Assembly (NCBI RefSeq): GCF_001194135.2 | Contig: NC_068984.1 | Location: 20,074,076 to 20,138,075, forward strand | DNA from: Octopus bimaculoides | Lineage: Eukaryota | Length of the DNA stretch: 64,000 bases | Reading direction: 5' to 3' | Shown: positions 12,339 through 23,160 of the stretch, piece after piece | Layout: every line of letters starts with the position of its first letter | Numbering within the stretch: the first letter of the stretch is position 1 | The notes under the pieces: model-generated | Told to the model about the DNA's origin: nothing | Seen by the model: the letters and a program-made list of their open reading frames with translations, nothing else | The model's database searches: none | Made by a program: the position numbers and the translations under genes

Positions 12339-13861
12339 CTCTAAATAAAACCGGTTGTTCTCACAGAAATAATGTATATTTTTTCATGTTAGTGCTTACG
12401 GTCGATACCACCAATTAACATTAATATAAATTTAAACATGTAAATTTAGAAACTTGGACACTCGAAAATGATTTGACTAATTTCATTGCATACTAACACT
12501 AATTCTTATTATCTACCCTTGCCGGAAGAAAAAAAACCCCAACTTCACCGTGTCTGCATACGCGTTTATGTGTCCTTGTACATGTGTGCTATACATATAT
12601 AAAACATATGTAAGAGATCGTTCATTATTGCGCTATCTCACAAACTTAGAGCAATTTAATCGTAACATAACCCGTTATACATATTCTTCAAATGTTTTAC
12701 TTTTTCCTTTCTTTCCTCATCTTACTATTCTTTACCTGTCATTGCGTTCGTTGTTGATTTTCTCCCCGCTTAATGCCTCCCCCAACTTCTTCCCACTTGT
12801 GTTTTTGATTTCACTCTTCAACTTAAATCAACTGTCTTCTAACAACACACTTCTCATTTCTTCAAAGATGCTTTCTACCCTAAGCGTCAGAATATCACCT
12901 CGCTTCACAGCACACCAAATTTATCTTCTTACTTTACGAAATTTGTAAAATCACTGCTATGAATAGCTACCTTGTCCAACAAGATAAGACCGGTCTGGCA
13001 ATTCTCAACTAGCTTGTATGTAGATCACAACATCAATTACAATGATAAGTTGTAAACTGTTTTCATTCCGGATACAACAGACATTTTTCAGTTCAGATAA
13101 TTATACGTTACGGAAGAAGTCTGAACTACCGATGCCAAGAAGTTGGATTGTAATTTCAATAAATAAAACAAATGTAGCTTCAACAAAATTGCAGCTTTAA
13201 TAAACACAACAATTTATTTAAAGCGGAATCTTCTAATTTCGTTCTGCCTCGTACATACACTAGAATTACCCATTTTTGTGTTTGCAAGAAATTACTAAAA
13301 ATGACAAGCTATTGGAATAGCATCTACATTTACGAGCCAATGAGGAAGTGGCCTCTACGTAACCACTCGAGGAATTAAAAATGACAGTCAAATCTTCTTG
13401 ATACATTTTATCGTCTTAAAAAAGGAAGGACACATTGAACAAAGTATTTTATTTGATATCATATAAAACATACTTTTATTACCCCGGAAAATGTTTCAAA
13501 AATCCCCACCAGGTCCCTATATGTGAAATTGGGCATCCCATAAGCTTTAACGCTTAAGCCTTATTTTTTACCAGAATATTGGCTCCTGAAATTGGGGTGA
13601 GTCTAATATGTCCATGTCTCTTTTATGCCATCAAATATAGCATATGATCCTTGATGCACTATATCAGAAAAAAAAAAAAGACTGGATGACCATGACTCTG
13701 TACTTTCGGTTATTGATCTGATCAATCAGGACTGGCCTGTAACTAGAAGACAACAATGTGATGAAGATAGACCGATTGATTTCATTGTTACGTAATTACT
13801 CATCAGGATCTGCCTACATCTCCTTCCCAAGAGCGACAGCAGAGGAAGAGTACTTGTGAAA

Positions 13862-14700
13862 AGGATCCTGGTCGCGATAGTTACAATTACCATATAGCCG
13901 CTGCCCCAATATGAAAAGTATCATTACACGTGGTCAATACCAAGAGCTTGAATCCAGTTGTAACTGTCACGACCTAGGATCCTGTCCACTTGACCAACGA
14001 TATATGACTAAATCTATCATATATGAGGCTGAAGTTACTACAACCCTAAATAATAATACAACAGATAAGAAGACCTATATTGGATTATGTGAAGGAGAAT
14101 TTAAAAATCGCTATACCAATCGCATAGCCTCCTTCCGACATAAGGACAAAAGCAAAGCCACTAAGTTGGCTAGCTACATATGGAGTTTGAAAGATAACGA
14201 AACACCACATGTGATTAAGTGGAAAATAATTAAGAAATCCATACCTTATGTTAATGGATCGAATAAATGTAGGCTTTGTTTAGCTGAAAGAGCGCAAAAC
14301 CTGTTCAGATCTAAGATCGCTAACTCTCTACTGAACTTTTCAGTGAAATTTTCAGTGGTTGCAAACATATATATAAATGTATTTCGAAGAATTGGGAAAT
14401 TCCGCCTATTCCTGATTAACTTGTTCCAGACTTATTATTTAATGTCAAAGGAGGAAAACTCTTTTTTCTCTTTTACTTTCTACTTTCTACATTTTAGCTT
14501 TTGTGTTTTCATTTCCCGTTTTTTTTTTTAGCCTTCTGCGTTTTCTATATGCCGCCTTCTCAGTTTTTTCGCGTTTCTTCACTTATTCAATTTTTTTTAG
14601 TTCGTTATGATATGTGGTCTGTGCCTGATGAATATATTTGAGATATTTCTCAACATATGAAACTATTAGTAGCACTTAAAGACATGTATTGTGTCCTTTA
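13862..14700 (+). mobile_element. 5'-truncated Penelope-like element (Neptune-type GIY-YIG), copy 1
   Basis: ORF 13911: CNC...CPL Cys-rich linker, SIIYEAEV...KTYIGLCEGEFKNRY...LASYIWSLKD...WKII...CRLCLAE. 13862-13886 is an inverted copy of 13958-13983 (5' inversion). A hammerhead follows downstream. Confidence 0.85.
14621..14675 (+). ncRNA. type I hammerhead ribozyme motif (PLE-associated)
   Basis: GTGC-CTGATGA-[ATAT..TTGAGA TATT TCTCAA..ATAT]-GAAAC-TATTA-GTA/-GCAC. All core nucleotides present; predicted cleavage after 14671. Confidence 0.75.
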
Positions 14701-14771
14701 AATAAATAATTTTCATCTCTCACCAGATGGAGTACTTTTTTTGTAGAATTTTCTATCACAGAACAGTACAT

Positions 14772-15798
14772 TCTCTTCTATCTTTTCTCTTTTCAAAAAA
14801 TTGTTTCACCCAGTGTTCACTGTTTTACTCTCGTTCTGGTCTAACGACCCTCCGTGTTTGCTTTCGTTCGGTTTCCTTGTATGTCTCCACTGTCATGTTT
14901 TTGTTCCCAAATTTTTGACCCTCCATAAATACAAAATTTTATTTTAGAATTTATGGGAGCAACTGTCTTTGAAGACCCATATTGTCGTTGAATGCTCGAA
15001 ATGGGGAGTAGATAAACANNNNNNNNNNNNNNNNNNNNNNNNNNNNNNNNNNNNNNNNNNNNNNNNNNNNNNNNNNNNNNNNNNNNNNNNNNNNNNNNNN
15101 NNNNNNNNNNNNNNNNNNNNNNNNNNNNNNNNNNNNNNNNNNNNNNNNNNNNNNNNNNNNNNNNNNNNNNNNNNNNNNNNNNNNNNNNNNNNNNNNNNNN
15201 NNNNNNNNNNNNNNNNNTATGTATGTATGTATGTATATATATATGTATATATACATATATGTGTGTGTGTGTGTGTGTTATTTATCAGTTAATTGAACGC
15301 GACACATCCATTTCCAAGTAGGTTTATCTCTTCACCTTTTTGATGTGACTCTCTCCTCTATGCTGTTTTCTTTCTCCATCCTTCTCTAATTCCCTTTTTC
15401 TCCCCCTCTCTCTCCCCTCTTTCTCTTTCTTTCTCTCTCTCTCTCTCTCGTTGCTCACACGTGACCATCGTCCATCTTTCTTTTCCTCACGTGACCATCT
15501 TTCTTTTGCTGCACGGACGTTCAAAATAGCAGACGTTTTTTTTTCCTCTTTCTCTCTTCTATCTTTTCTCTTTTCAAAAAATTGTTTCTCCCAATGTTCA
15601 CTAGTTTCCTCTCGTTCTGGTCTAACGGTCCTCGATGTTCGTTTTCGTTCGGTTTCCTTATATGGCTCCAATGTCATGTTTTTTTTCCCAACTTTTGACT
15701 CTCCATAAATCCTAAATTTTATTTTAGAATTTATGGGAGCAACTGTCTTTGAAGACTCATATTGTCGTTGAATGCTTGAAATTAGGAGTAGATAGACA
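14772..15798. repeat. diverged direct repeat pair of about 245 bp (14772-15018 and 15553-15798)
   Basis: Co-linear match by eye, separated by an N-gap and CT-rich sequence. Confidence 0.85.
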
Positions 15799-15816
15799 GC
15801 CGATAACTGATGAAGT

Positions 15817-16900
15817 GTATTATAAAGTCGTAGTTTAATTGTCGTTCTTGTAGTTCAGAACTAAAAATGAAATAAAACTTAAATATAATTCCCGTCGCTC
15901 AAGTTTCAGAAATAGAAGTAAAACGAACTCTACAGGACTAAGTAGTTACATCTGGGAACTGAAAGACAATAACATTAATTATAGATTAGAATGGCGTATC
16001 CTAACCAAAGCATCTTCATATAACCTTAATAATAATCGCTGTAATTTATGCATAAATGAGAAATTCTTCATTTTAATGGCCAAATCAGAATTACTTAATA
16101 AACGAAACGAGAAATATAGCATGTTTGCATAAAGATAAATTCTTATTCTCTAAATATTGCTAATAACCACACTGCAGGTTATTAGCTGATCCACCTAACA
16201 TATTATTACCTCCCCGAACCATCCCACTTACCACAGAGCATAATTTAACATCACATCGCAATTTTAAATTAAATTACTCAGATTAACCAAACTATCTATT
16301 TAGAATCTACGTTGTACACTAGGGCATATAATCCTCGATAATATATTCCCTTTAAAGCTAGATAGCCGACACACTTAACACGTTATATATTAATTGATCT
16401 TTATTGATCTTTTATGTACTCTTTATCTTTTTTTTATTATTCCTTTACATAGCCCATATATATACATTATGTTGTACTAACTTTAAGAAGCATCCTTAGT
16501 TTTTAATAAGGGCATTATTTGTAACCATAGGAACTAACCTAGCGGTCACAAACAGCATTATATATTACAATTAACAACACTGGATATGTCCACCAGGTAT
16601 ATCTCCTTCGACTAACACCGCCGGTCAACTTGTCATTTTCCTCGCTTACTGATCCATACATCTAATTGAAGAAACGTACACACACTTGGAACCCAAAAAG
16701 TCACTAAAATGTAAGCCTAAAGTCTTAACGAACTTTTTCCTTTTCCTTTCTTCTCCCTTTTCTCCTATTTATATTCCTCTAAATCATTCTGACGATGTTT
16801 GTTAAACTGAACGAGGTAAATGCAAATTTACCTCGATTTAATAAATAGAAACAGCTGTAAATGGTTCTGAACTACAATTAAGCTATGACTTTTTAATACC
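15817..16900 (+). mobile_element. 5'-truncated Penelope-like element, copy 2, with an inverted pLTR fragment at its 5' junction
   Basis: About 15863-16130 reads KNEIKLKYNSRRSSFRN...TGLSSYIWELKD...EWRIL...RCNLCINEKFFI...LLNKRNE (GIY-YIG C-terminus). About 15817-15862 is the reverse complement of about 16864-16900. Confidence 0.85.
16782..16866 (+). ncRNA. type I hammerhead ribozyme motif with extended helix II and palindromic helix III
   Basis: AATCATT-CTGACGA-[TGTTTGTTAAA..CGAGGTAAAT gcaa ATTTACCTCG..TTTAATAAATA]-GAAAC-AGCT-GTA/-AATGGTT. Predicted cleavage after 16859. Confidence 0.85.
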
Positions 16901-17140
16901 AATGATCAACTTCTCATTGTTAATTACTGCTCCATTTCTTTTCTTTTCTATGTATATTAAACCACAGTTTTACCTTTAAATTACCAACTACTGTATACCT
17001 TATAGCTATAACTATACATAGTTAGGCAATAGACCAGTAGTGTCTATGATACATTTATCCCTTAGATAGTTGAATAACCTCTAACTCATATTTTGCTTTA
17101 TATATACATATATGTATGTATGTATAAAATATTCTTAAAT

Positions 17141-17235
17141 AAGAATATTATTGACACTGACTTCGAAGTTTCAGACTGCAGTCCGCTGATGGCTTAGATG
17201 GCCGAAACTTCGAAGTCACTGCCAATAATATTCTT
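17141..17235. repeat. 32-bp inverted repeat enclosing a defective hammerhead-like core
   Basis: Arms 17141-17172 and 17204-17235 (2 mismatches). Core CTGAT[GA missing]GGCT-TAGAT-GGCC-GAAAC-TTCGAA-GTC. Confidence 0.7.
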
Positions 17236-17335
17236 GTTTAAAAATAATAAATTAGTTCTCTACAAAAGTATAGAGTAAGCCATCAGGTTAATGTAAAATT
17301 GCATTTATTATAACTGAATATAACAATAAACGTAA

Positions 17336-17399
<64 letters not shown>

Positions 17400-18359
17400 N
17401 NNNNNNNNNNNNNNNNNNNNNNNNNNNNNNNNNNNNNNNNNNNNNNNNNNNNNNNNNNNNNNNNNNNNNNNNNNNNNNNNNNNNNNNNNNNNNNNNNNNN
17501 NNNNNNNNNNNNNNNNNNNNNNNNNNNNNNNNNNNNNNNNNNNNNNNNNNNNNNNNNNNNNNNNNNNNNNNNNNNNNNNNNNNNNNNNNNNNNNNNNNNN
17601 NNNNNNNNNNNNNNNNNNNNNNNNNNNNNNNNNNNNNNNNNNNNNNNNNNNNNNNNNNNNNNNNNNNNNNNNNNNNNNNNNNNNNNNNNNNNNNNNNNNN
17701 NNNNNNNNNNNNNNNNNNNNNNNNNNNNNNNNNNNNNNNNNNNNNNNNNNNNNNNNNNNNNNNNNNNNNNNNNNNNNNNNNNNNNNNNNNNNNNNNNNNN
17801 NNNNNNNNNNNNNNNNNNNNNNNNNNNNNNNNNNNNNNNNNNNNNNNNNNNNNNNNNNNNNNNNNNNNNNNNNNNNNNNNNNNNNNNNNNNNNNNNNNNN
17901 NNNNATTTAGTGGCGGTGAATTAATTAATTTTTTTGTGGTTACAACAGCTAAAGAAGTATCTTTTATATTCTGCTTGTTTCAGTCATTGGACTGTGGCCA
18001 TGCTGGAGCATAGCTTTGAAAAATTTAAGTCGAACAAATAGACGCCAGTATTTGTTTTTGAAGTCTGGTACTTATTGTATCGGTGTACTTCACCGTACTG
18101 GTAAGTTACGAGGAGGTACGTAAACTAAACACCGTTTGTCAACCGATGAGACGAGACAAACACATATATATATAAAATATACGATGGGCTCCCATATAGT
18201 TCCCGTCTACTAAAATCTCTCACGAAAGTATTGGTCGGCCCGGGGCTATAGCAGAAGACTGCTTACCCAAGGTCCCCCACATTGGGACTGAACACAGAAC
18301 CACTCGGTTACAAAGCTATCTTCTTAATCACACAGCCGTGCCTGCACCTATATGTATGT

Positions 18360-19830
18360 CCTGTAAAAATAAATTTATTCAAACAATTAGTCTTTCTACA
18401 AAATCAGAGACTAGGAGAGTCGAAGACATAGGAGGCAATATCTTGTTCCAATTAAACAACAATACGAAAGATTTCTGTTCTGTTTTGTTTTCTCTGATTC
18501 TTGATGAATGGACAGCTGCGTCTGACAGTTCGGTGTTGCTATTGTTTGGGAATTAATGCTGACTATGTAGTCATGGAACAGCTAGCTATTGATGATGACA
18601 TTTCCTAGGAGCTGAAGAAAACATTAACTAAGTACAACTTAGTTTAAAAACATTTAAAGTATTTTACAAGCGACGATGGAAAAATTTTGTGTGGCGTAAA
18701 GAAAGGTTATATTGACTGAGCCTACACAACTTGTGACAGTATAAAATGTAAAAAAAAAAACTCTTTGGTGTTTTACTGCACCATTCATCACCAGGAACTT
18801 TGCGTAAAACATTTAGATCTATCATCTGTGACAGAACCAAGCAACAAACAGCGAATTTTATTTGATTGCATGTGCTCAATCAATGTCAGTTTCGAACATT
18901 TTGGGAAGAAATACAAACTGAATATAGCAATTTGCTGTATTACACTATTGAATGATGGTCTAGTAATAGTAATGCTACTAAGCAACCGTTCCACACTACT
19001 GAAAGATTGTTTAGTAACGGTAAAGTTATCTCGGGAGGTTTTTAAAACTTCTGATGAGGATTTTTATTTATTTTAATGAGGAAAATTGTTCTCAGGCACA
19101 AACTGCAAACGGCAAATGGTGTGGCAAATGGTGTGGCAAATGGTGTGGCAAAACGGCATCCACCACTTAACGAGCTCCAGCTTAGATCACAATGCCATTC
19201 TGAGTTTATAAGCGGCATAAACTCTGCTGTAGAAGCATAAAATAACTTTTTTTACCAATCCCAGCTTATGATAAATAACTTTGGTCACTTTTCTTGCTGT
19301 GATAAATATACGACAGAAGCAAAATTCTTGTTTCCTTTCTAAATCACTCATTACATTTTCACTTGACAGAAGTCACAGTATTAACAGAGTCTGGCAAATC
19401 TCAATAAAAATGTGAAATCATTAAAAACCTTTCAAAAGCCATTTGAATGCATTATTGAAGTAACATCCAATAGATCTTCAACTGGAAGTTATTGATTTGT
19501 TGCCAAATGATATGCTAAAAGGCAAATACATTTATAAAATACATTTATAAAAGGGAAAACATTTATAAAATGATCTCAGATAAAGGATTTACTCCTTTAA
19601 AATCTTTTGCTGTGAGTGGGGAGAGGGTGAAGTCGGCTTTTCACACAATTTATTTATGTGAAAGAACATTTTCAAGCATGAAATATATTAAACTGTGTTA
19701 ACTAACTACTTGCAATCAGTTGCGATTGAAGGAACCACAAAATTTGAACCACGTTTTCATATTTTCTTATCATTTAAAAACGGGAAAGAGATTTTTTAAA
19801 TGTTCATTAATATTTTTTTATGGCGGGGAC
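18360..19830 (+). pseudogene. degenerate hAT (GTF2IRD2/ZBED5-like) transposase remnant
   Basis: FSLILDEWT...LLLFG, YCTIHHQELCVKHL, EIQTEYSNLLYY, CERTFSSMKY fragments with stops and frameshifts. Confidence 0.75.
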
Positions 19831-20399
19831 CTTGTTTTTTGTCAGTTTGTGCTAGATGATTCTGTAGACAGTAGTGATACAATGTCTTGCGTTATTATTA
19901 CCAAGATGGCGAGCAAGCAGAATCGTTAGCACACCGGGCGAAATAATCAGCGGTATTTCATCTCTCTTTACGTTCTGAGTTCCAATTCCGCCGTGGTCGA
20001 CTTTGTCTTTCATCTTTTCAGGGTCAATAAAATAAGAACCAGTTGAGTACCCCCATCGCGAAATTGCTGGCCCTGCGCCAAAATTTGAAATTATTTTCAT
20101 TATTGCATCTAACACTAATTATTGTTTCGTGCAATAATCTTTTTTAACATTTGGCTTCATAACTAGTGGTTTGTTTGATATGTGTGAAAATCTGTGAGGT
20201 TAGAAATAATCGATATGGACTGTAAACAGTTCATATCGATTATAATACAACTTCATATAATTGAGAAATCAGCTGGAGCAGTTATTAAGTTTAATAAGGT
20301 TAGAATACCATGAAAGAAGATGATTGGGTGATCTTATTAGTTCTCTAATGAGAAGCAAATGAATAGGAAGACCAGAAAGGGGAGGATGAAAGAAGAAGG

Positions 20400-20512
20400 A
20401 AGGGGGAGGGGTGAAGGGAGCAGGAGGGTGAAGGGAGCAGGAGGGTGAAGGGAGCAGGAGGGTGAAGGGAGGAGGAGGGTGAGGGGAGGAGGAGGAGGAA
20501 GAGGAGGAGGAG
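20400..20512. repeat. G-rich 17-bp minisatellite (gtgaagggagcaggagg) grading into (GGA)n
   Basis: Directly visible. Confidence 0.9.
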
Positions 20513-20619
20513 ACAACGATCTGCAGTTGATTCAATCGACTACGCCCACATCCTTACAAATGAATAAGGATTTGTTATTCGGGATTTAATTATTAGTTGA
20601 ATTAGTATTAGCGAGTACC

Positions 20620-20980
20620 ACAAGATTCAGACCATGTTGCGATATGATGGCGGCTTGTGTGCCTCAATTACTCTGAGAGATGTACCAGCGGAGCGCAAGC
20701 TCCTCGTAAGGCCTCCCGTGCTGGACAGGTTAAAGGATAGAGACCAGAGTAATATGGATCATCTTTTCCCAGAGGTAAAAATGGGTTTGCGTAGGACCGA
20801 CACCCCTACTTAGAAACAAACAAGCTTACAGAAGCATCGATAACAATTCACAACGAGTAAGAGCTGGGAAAGAAGGGCTTCCCTCAAGGAAGCATATGAC
20901 GCGATCCAGCAAAATTTGAGAGGAAGCTGCAAAGAGTGGGGATCCAATCTGGGAGAAGCAGAAAAGCAGCCCAGAGTTAA
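20620..20980 (+). mobile_element. possible RTE LINE 5'-region remnant
   Basis: Recalled resemblance to RTE 5' UTRs (gctggacaggttaaaggatagagaccagagtaa...acccctact); not verified. Confidence 0.3.
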
Positions 20981-21584
20981 TAACGGGGGAGAAAAAAAAT
21001 CATCGATAGCCTTTGTTCCATTAAGAGCGAAGGGCTTAAGTGAGTAAGTAAAGGGTAAAGGCCCCCTTCGGTCATGAATGTCCGTGGGATTGCACCTAGA
21101 AAGTTACCCTCCGAGGCACAGGTCTGAGCAAAGTTGTTTATGGAAACCAGCAGTTGCCCATACATACCAGCCTTCCTCTTCAATGTTATCCGAGGGAAAG
21201 GCAAAGGCAAATACGTCAAATAAAGTGTCTTGCTTAAGAACACAACACACTACCTCATGACTGTGAGCCCGACGCTCTAACCACTAAGCCATCAACATAT
21301 TTAATGCAATGGATACTAAAAATGTAATAAGAAATAATTATGCTGTGAGGATAAATCAATTTTAGTCAATTAATAATATTATCTTAATTATTTCTACATA
21401 TATAATATAGTGAAAGTAGAATTCTAGGAGAGTATAGTAATGGATTGTACATAGGAATTATAGAAAACTATAGTGGTTGTTTGTATTGGAAAATAATAAT
21501 ATAAGTAGTTCAAACAATAAAATAAATGTTATATCGTATGAGAAGTGCAACATTTCAAAGGGTTCTCCACAACATAATAGAACC

Positions 21585-22270
21585 ATCTGTGATTGAGGAG
21601 TGCCGAGTGACCTACGCGACATGGAGCCAGCTCGGCCTGCGCCCTGCTGGCGTCCATCCTCCTCTCCCTTCTGTGGACGACCGGTCTTCTCAAAAGAAAT
21701 GGGACGCCATCCAGTGTAGCATGCTCTCAAACGAGTTAGTGCTTGACCAGCATTGTCTGACATGTTTCTGCTCTGCCTCCGATCCTCACAGCGAAGATAG
21801 ACTCAATGCGGTGCCATCATTAGTGACTGGCACTGCGCATCGGTGTTTCCCTGAGGCTTGACCTCCAGGTCTGTGAGCCTTATGAATACCGCTGCGAACC
21901 CACAGTGGATTTTTTTCGGCCTCCACCCACTATCATGTTGTCATGGTGATAGCCGCCTCTAACAAATTCATAAAGTATGGTTTAGACGCAGTAGGCTTCC
22001 CTTTCCAGCTCGAGCCAGCAGAGCTAGACTGAGGGGAGGCTAAACGGCAGAACAGTATGACAGTTTTCCCATTCCGTGGCCGTAATCCCCTCATCTGGGA
22101 TGCCACATACTGTGACACCTCTTCCAGCAGTAACGTGGTGTGCTCAGCTACCAGCCCAGGCTCTGCTGCTCGTCAGGCTGATGAAAGCAAACTGTCAAGG
22201 TATCGTTCGCTTTCTAACAGGTTTATGGTTGAGCCTATGGCAGTGGAGACCTCCGGCGTTCTCGGCCCCC
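21585..22270 (+). pseudogene. CRE-clade non-LTR retrotransposon 3' remnant (zinc knuckle and restriction-like endonuclease)
   Basis: SQKKWD...DPHS; GLHPLSC; FQLEP...KRQNSMTVFPFRGRNPLIWDATYCDT...PGSAARQADESKLSRYRSL...PMAVETSGVLGP. Confidence 0.8.
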
Positions 22271-22745
22271 CCCCCTGCTCACCGCTATGGGGGAGGAGAT
22301 GGCTGTCGCGAGTGCGAAGAGATAGGTAAGGGAGGAAGAAGACAGAGGTAGTAAGAGCAAACAAGTGTTAACGGCAGGGTGGGGGGCAACGGTCTGAGAT
22401 TAATTCAGTCGATTATACTCACATCCCTTCAAAGACAATCCCCAGTGACATAGCAAAGTTCCTCAGGCCCAGAAAGGTAAAGACACTTTTATAGCACCCA
22501 TCATCACTAACTAGTATGAAATACCTGAAGAAATTTTGCATCATTTCACTCTTCCATCTTCTTTCTTGCTACGTCACTGGTACTCTTGTACAAACATGAA
22601 AAATTACTGTGGGTAAAGATAAGGGCTGAAAAAAATTTTAATTTCACCCATGCTTTATTTTCCTTTCCTTTCTGTTTATTTTTTAATTCGGTATTGGTTT
22701 TATTGCTTTTTTAATAGCTATATTGAAATATATTTCTTATGTTTA

Positions 22746-22824
22746 TGACATAATCCGGAATTTAACTTGAAGTATTTATTTGTGGAACAAATAAGCACAT
22801 CAAGTTAAATTCCGGATTATGTCA
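22746..22824. repeat. 79-nt near-perfect palindrome
   Basis: 25-bp perfect outer arms; 38-position stem with 2 mismatches and 1 G-T; 3-nt loop. Confidence 0.95.
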
Positions 22825-22906
22825 AAATTTTCTGCAAATGATAAATTCCTTATATCTACGTCTCTATGCACGTACGTATATGTGTGTGTGTGTATACATA
22901 CACATA

Positions 22907-23160
22907 TATTGGGTTGAAGAATAATTCATGGGCGTTTTTTTCTTTTTTTTCTTTTTTTTTCCAAATTTAAAAATGCACGCAGAATTAAAACGCATTGGCA
23001 AAATGTTTTATGTTATTCGAAAGATAATTTTTTGCTCTACAAGATAGTGTGTTTTGATTTTTTAATTTTATTGATTTTTGTGTATTTTCTGATCATTAAA
23101 ATGGAATGTCAAGTGGACAAAACTGGGAAACGGGAGCTTCCTGAACATCGTATTTACCTG
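22907..23160 (+). mobile_element. mariner-type remnant
   Basis: TA-ttgggttgaagaataattc TIR-like start; MECQVDK-like transposase start near 23101. Confidence 0.45.
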
